From contig JBFXGX010000009.1 in the NCBI GenBank assembly GCA_050177605.1, positions 24,919-64,298 on the forward strand: a DNA stretch of 39,380 nt. The letters run 5' to 3'. Below the pieces are notes generated by a model. That model made no database searches and was not told where the DNA came from. It worked only from the letters and a program-made list of their open reading frames with translations. This DNA is from Candidatus Izemoplasmatales bacterium. Lineage in GTDB: Bacteria > Bacillota_I > Bacilli_A > Izemoplasmatales > Hujiaoplasmataceae. Position 1 is the first letter of the stretch; each line of letters begins with the position of its first letter. This document shows, in pieces, positions 38,901 to 39,380 of the stretch. The translations under genes and the position numbers were made by a program.

Positions 38901-39380
38901 TCTGATCCACTTGTAAAAATCATTATCTTTGCGGATCCATTTAACCATGGATTAACAGGTACATTTACAATTAAGAGCGTTGTTGTGTCTTCAACACAAG
39001 CTACACTTGATTTCAATAGTTCATGGGTAGAAAATGATGCATCTACCTATACTTTCACAGCACAAGAAGATGGTTCAGTTTTAGTAGCTTATACAAAAAC
39101 TGAAGACCAAACTTATGCTTTCATGAAAGTTTTATTTGATGCACAAGAAGTTGCTGGACTTAATACAATGACAATTACTGTTAAAGGTACAGCAGGATTA
39201 ACTGTTCTTCTTAAACCAAATGATTTAGGCGCAACTGAAACTGTCGTTACTTTCGATGGTACAGAACAAACCTTTACTTTTACAGCTACTGATTTCTCTA
39301 AGATGTTAGTCTTTGCGGAACCAGGAACTGGTGGTGTCAGTGGTACATTCACTGTCATTAGTGCAGTTTTATCACACGTT
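36000..39380 (+). CDS. Large surface lipoprotein with at least 8 tandem CBM-like modules (3'-truncated, at least 1127 aa)
   Basis: Absent from the ORF track because there is no stop in the window. Manual translation: MKAKRIFLFVVALSFAFALAAC (lipobox), poly-Thr linker, then repeated W-x-x-N-D...YTK...W...KPND.G..EQ...IF..P...SG.F.I.SA modules, open to the window end. RBS AAAGGAGG upstream. Confidence 0.9.
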   Translation, partial: MKAKRIFLFVVALSFAFALAACTEDTTPTTSTTTTTTTTTTTTTSTTTTAGLAHLSIINGWTDGGDGVNTITQSDTQLSVTYDKQGFAWANMVYPITEDLSVYNKLVFTISGSGTLLVKIQGATESFEVSIQLTAGAVTYQLNLRDYDQFLGGVTGVYLFAGPGKADGTGNFTITNFAFDEGTAYGTVLENGDSNIPTNELEYDGSGVPFEFKTGFVDNGDGCYTIDKSGTNPIVSYTKAAGFEWAYMVATIRGNFSDFDYIVLNLKGVTAGSVIFKAELSSSVKDEVSISFEAGEEVTAVIDVSAWTDEQLDALTKILIFAAGGSASASGQFEILSAYFATESPIEEPNYNFTTGWVENDPSTYAITDNTDGTVTVAYTKAAGQSWVFMKNEFDAEGAAGFNTLTFVVQGTAGESILIKPNDSGALEQTITFDGTEQTVVVTAYSFTKMLIFAMPGTESVSGTFTILSAKLTYVEPDALDASVVYDFNSNWVANDEGVYTFSTTDGVVTVSWDRTAEQNWSYIKNVFLDNLANHDTIEMVVRGTAGDQIIIKPNDNGAYEQTITFTGEDQVVTFTLTDTPTKVLIFVDPLNASLTGSFEIVSAKVVASTTGIFDFTKTFSENDADTYAISILGGGDVQVDYTKAAGQGWVFMSSVFEAAKVEGLNTMTLVVQGTAGESILLKPNDLGALEQTVTFDGTEQTIVITYAAFTKLIIFAMPGTESVSGTFKILSATLTYIEPNYDFTTGWVENDASTYAFTENADGSVTVDYTKAAGQSWVFMKNTFTVDAEGFNTLTFTVQGTSGNSILIKPNDNGALEQTITFDGTVQTVVVSATAFTNMIIFAMPGTESVSGSFTILSAKLTYIAPDAVDPWVDVTFGNVWVDKDGGIFTFTTVADGVQVDFNKPVINDWQYFYLDVEENLSRHDTLTIVVNGTVGQQILIKPNDNGAYEQTVTFTGEDQTLTFTLSDPLVKIIIFADPFNHGLTGTFTIKSVVVSSTQATLDFNSSWVENDASTYTFTAQEDGSVLVAYTKTEDQTYAFMKVLFDAQEVAGLNTMTITVKGTAGLTVLLKPNDLGATETVVTFDGTEQTFTFTATDFSKMLVFAEPGTGGVSGTFTVISAVLSHV
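36075..36146 (+). repeat. (ACN)n low-complexity tract encoding the poly-Thr linker
   Basis: 24 codons, almost all Thr with mixed third positions, shortly after the lipobox Cys. Confidence 0.85.
37041..39380 (+). repeat. Intragenic tandem repeats (~390-bp unit; 1173-bp higher-order unit)
   Basis: The KPND-coding sequence recurs near 37257, 37656, 38046, 38427, 38826 and 39213. GAACCTAATTAT...ACTGGTTGGGTAGAAAA is seen at 37041 and 38214. Confidence 0.88.

Noticed and set aside
37041..39380. Regularly spaced repeats as a possible CRISPR array or mobile-element repeats
   Set aside because: Units are ~390 bp, degenerate at synonymous positions and in frame within one ORF. They are protein domain repeats, and no cas or transposase genes are present.

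Overview
AT-rich bacterial window in the standard genetic code (TGA ends ORFs, Trp is TGG). Lipoproteins with Thr/Ser linkers and the gene content suggest a Bacillota or Acholeplasma/Izemoplasma-like organism; this is inference only. Three blocks are present. (1) 1-2.4 kb: the 3' end of an MMPL/RND transporter and an AAA+/DUF4143-type ATPase whose promoter carries a duplicated palindromic site. (2) 2.4-13.2 kb, minus strand: a complete 13-gene Mrp-Mbx (MBS/MBX-like, non-NiFe complex I relative) operon. Its last subunit is a NuoI-type ferredoxin fused to a GltD-like flavoprotein, and it is preceded by a ~280-nt leader with terminator/antiterminator-like architecture. (3) 13.7 kb to the end, plus strand: a LacI-controlled glucan utilisation locus, most likely for beta-1,2-glucan. 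It encodes a GH13 alpha-1,6-glucosidase, a GH3, two GH144-like enzymes (one cytoplasmic, one lipoprotein), an NdvB/Cgs-like GH94 phosphorylase and an expanded ABC system (2 binding proteins, 4 permeases, NHL-TPR-Yip1 and DUF5696-like proteins). It ends with a lipoprotein of at least 1127 aa, missing from the ORF track, built from at least 8 tandem ~125-130-aa CBM-like modules.
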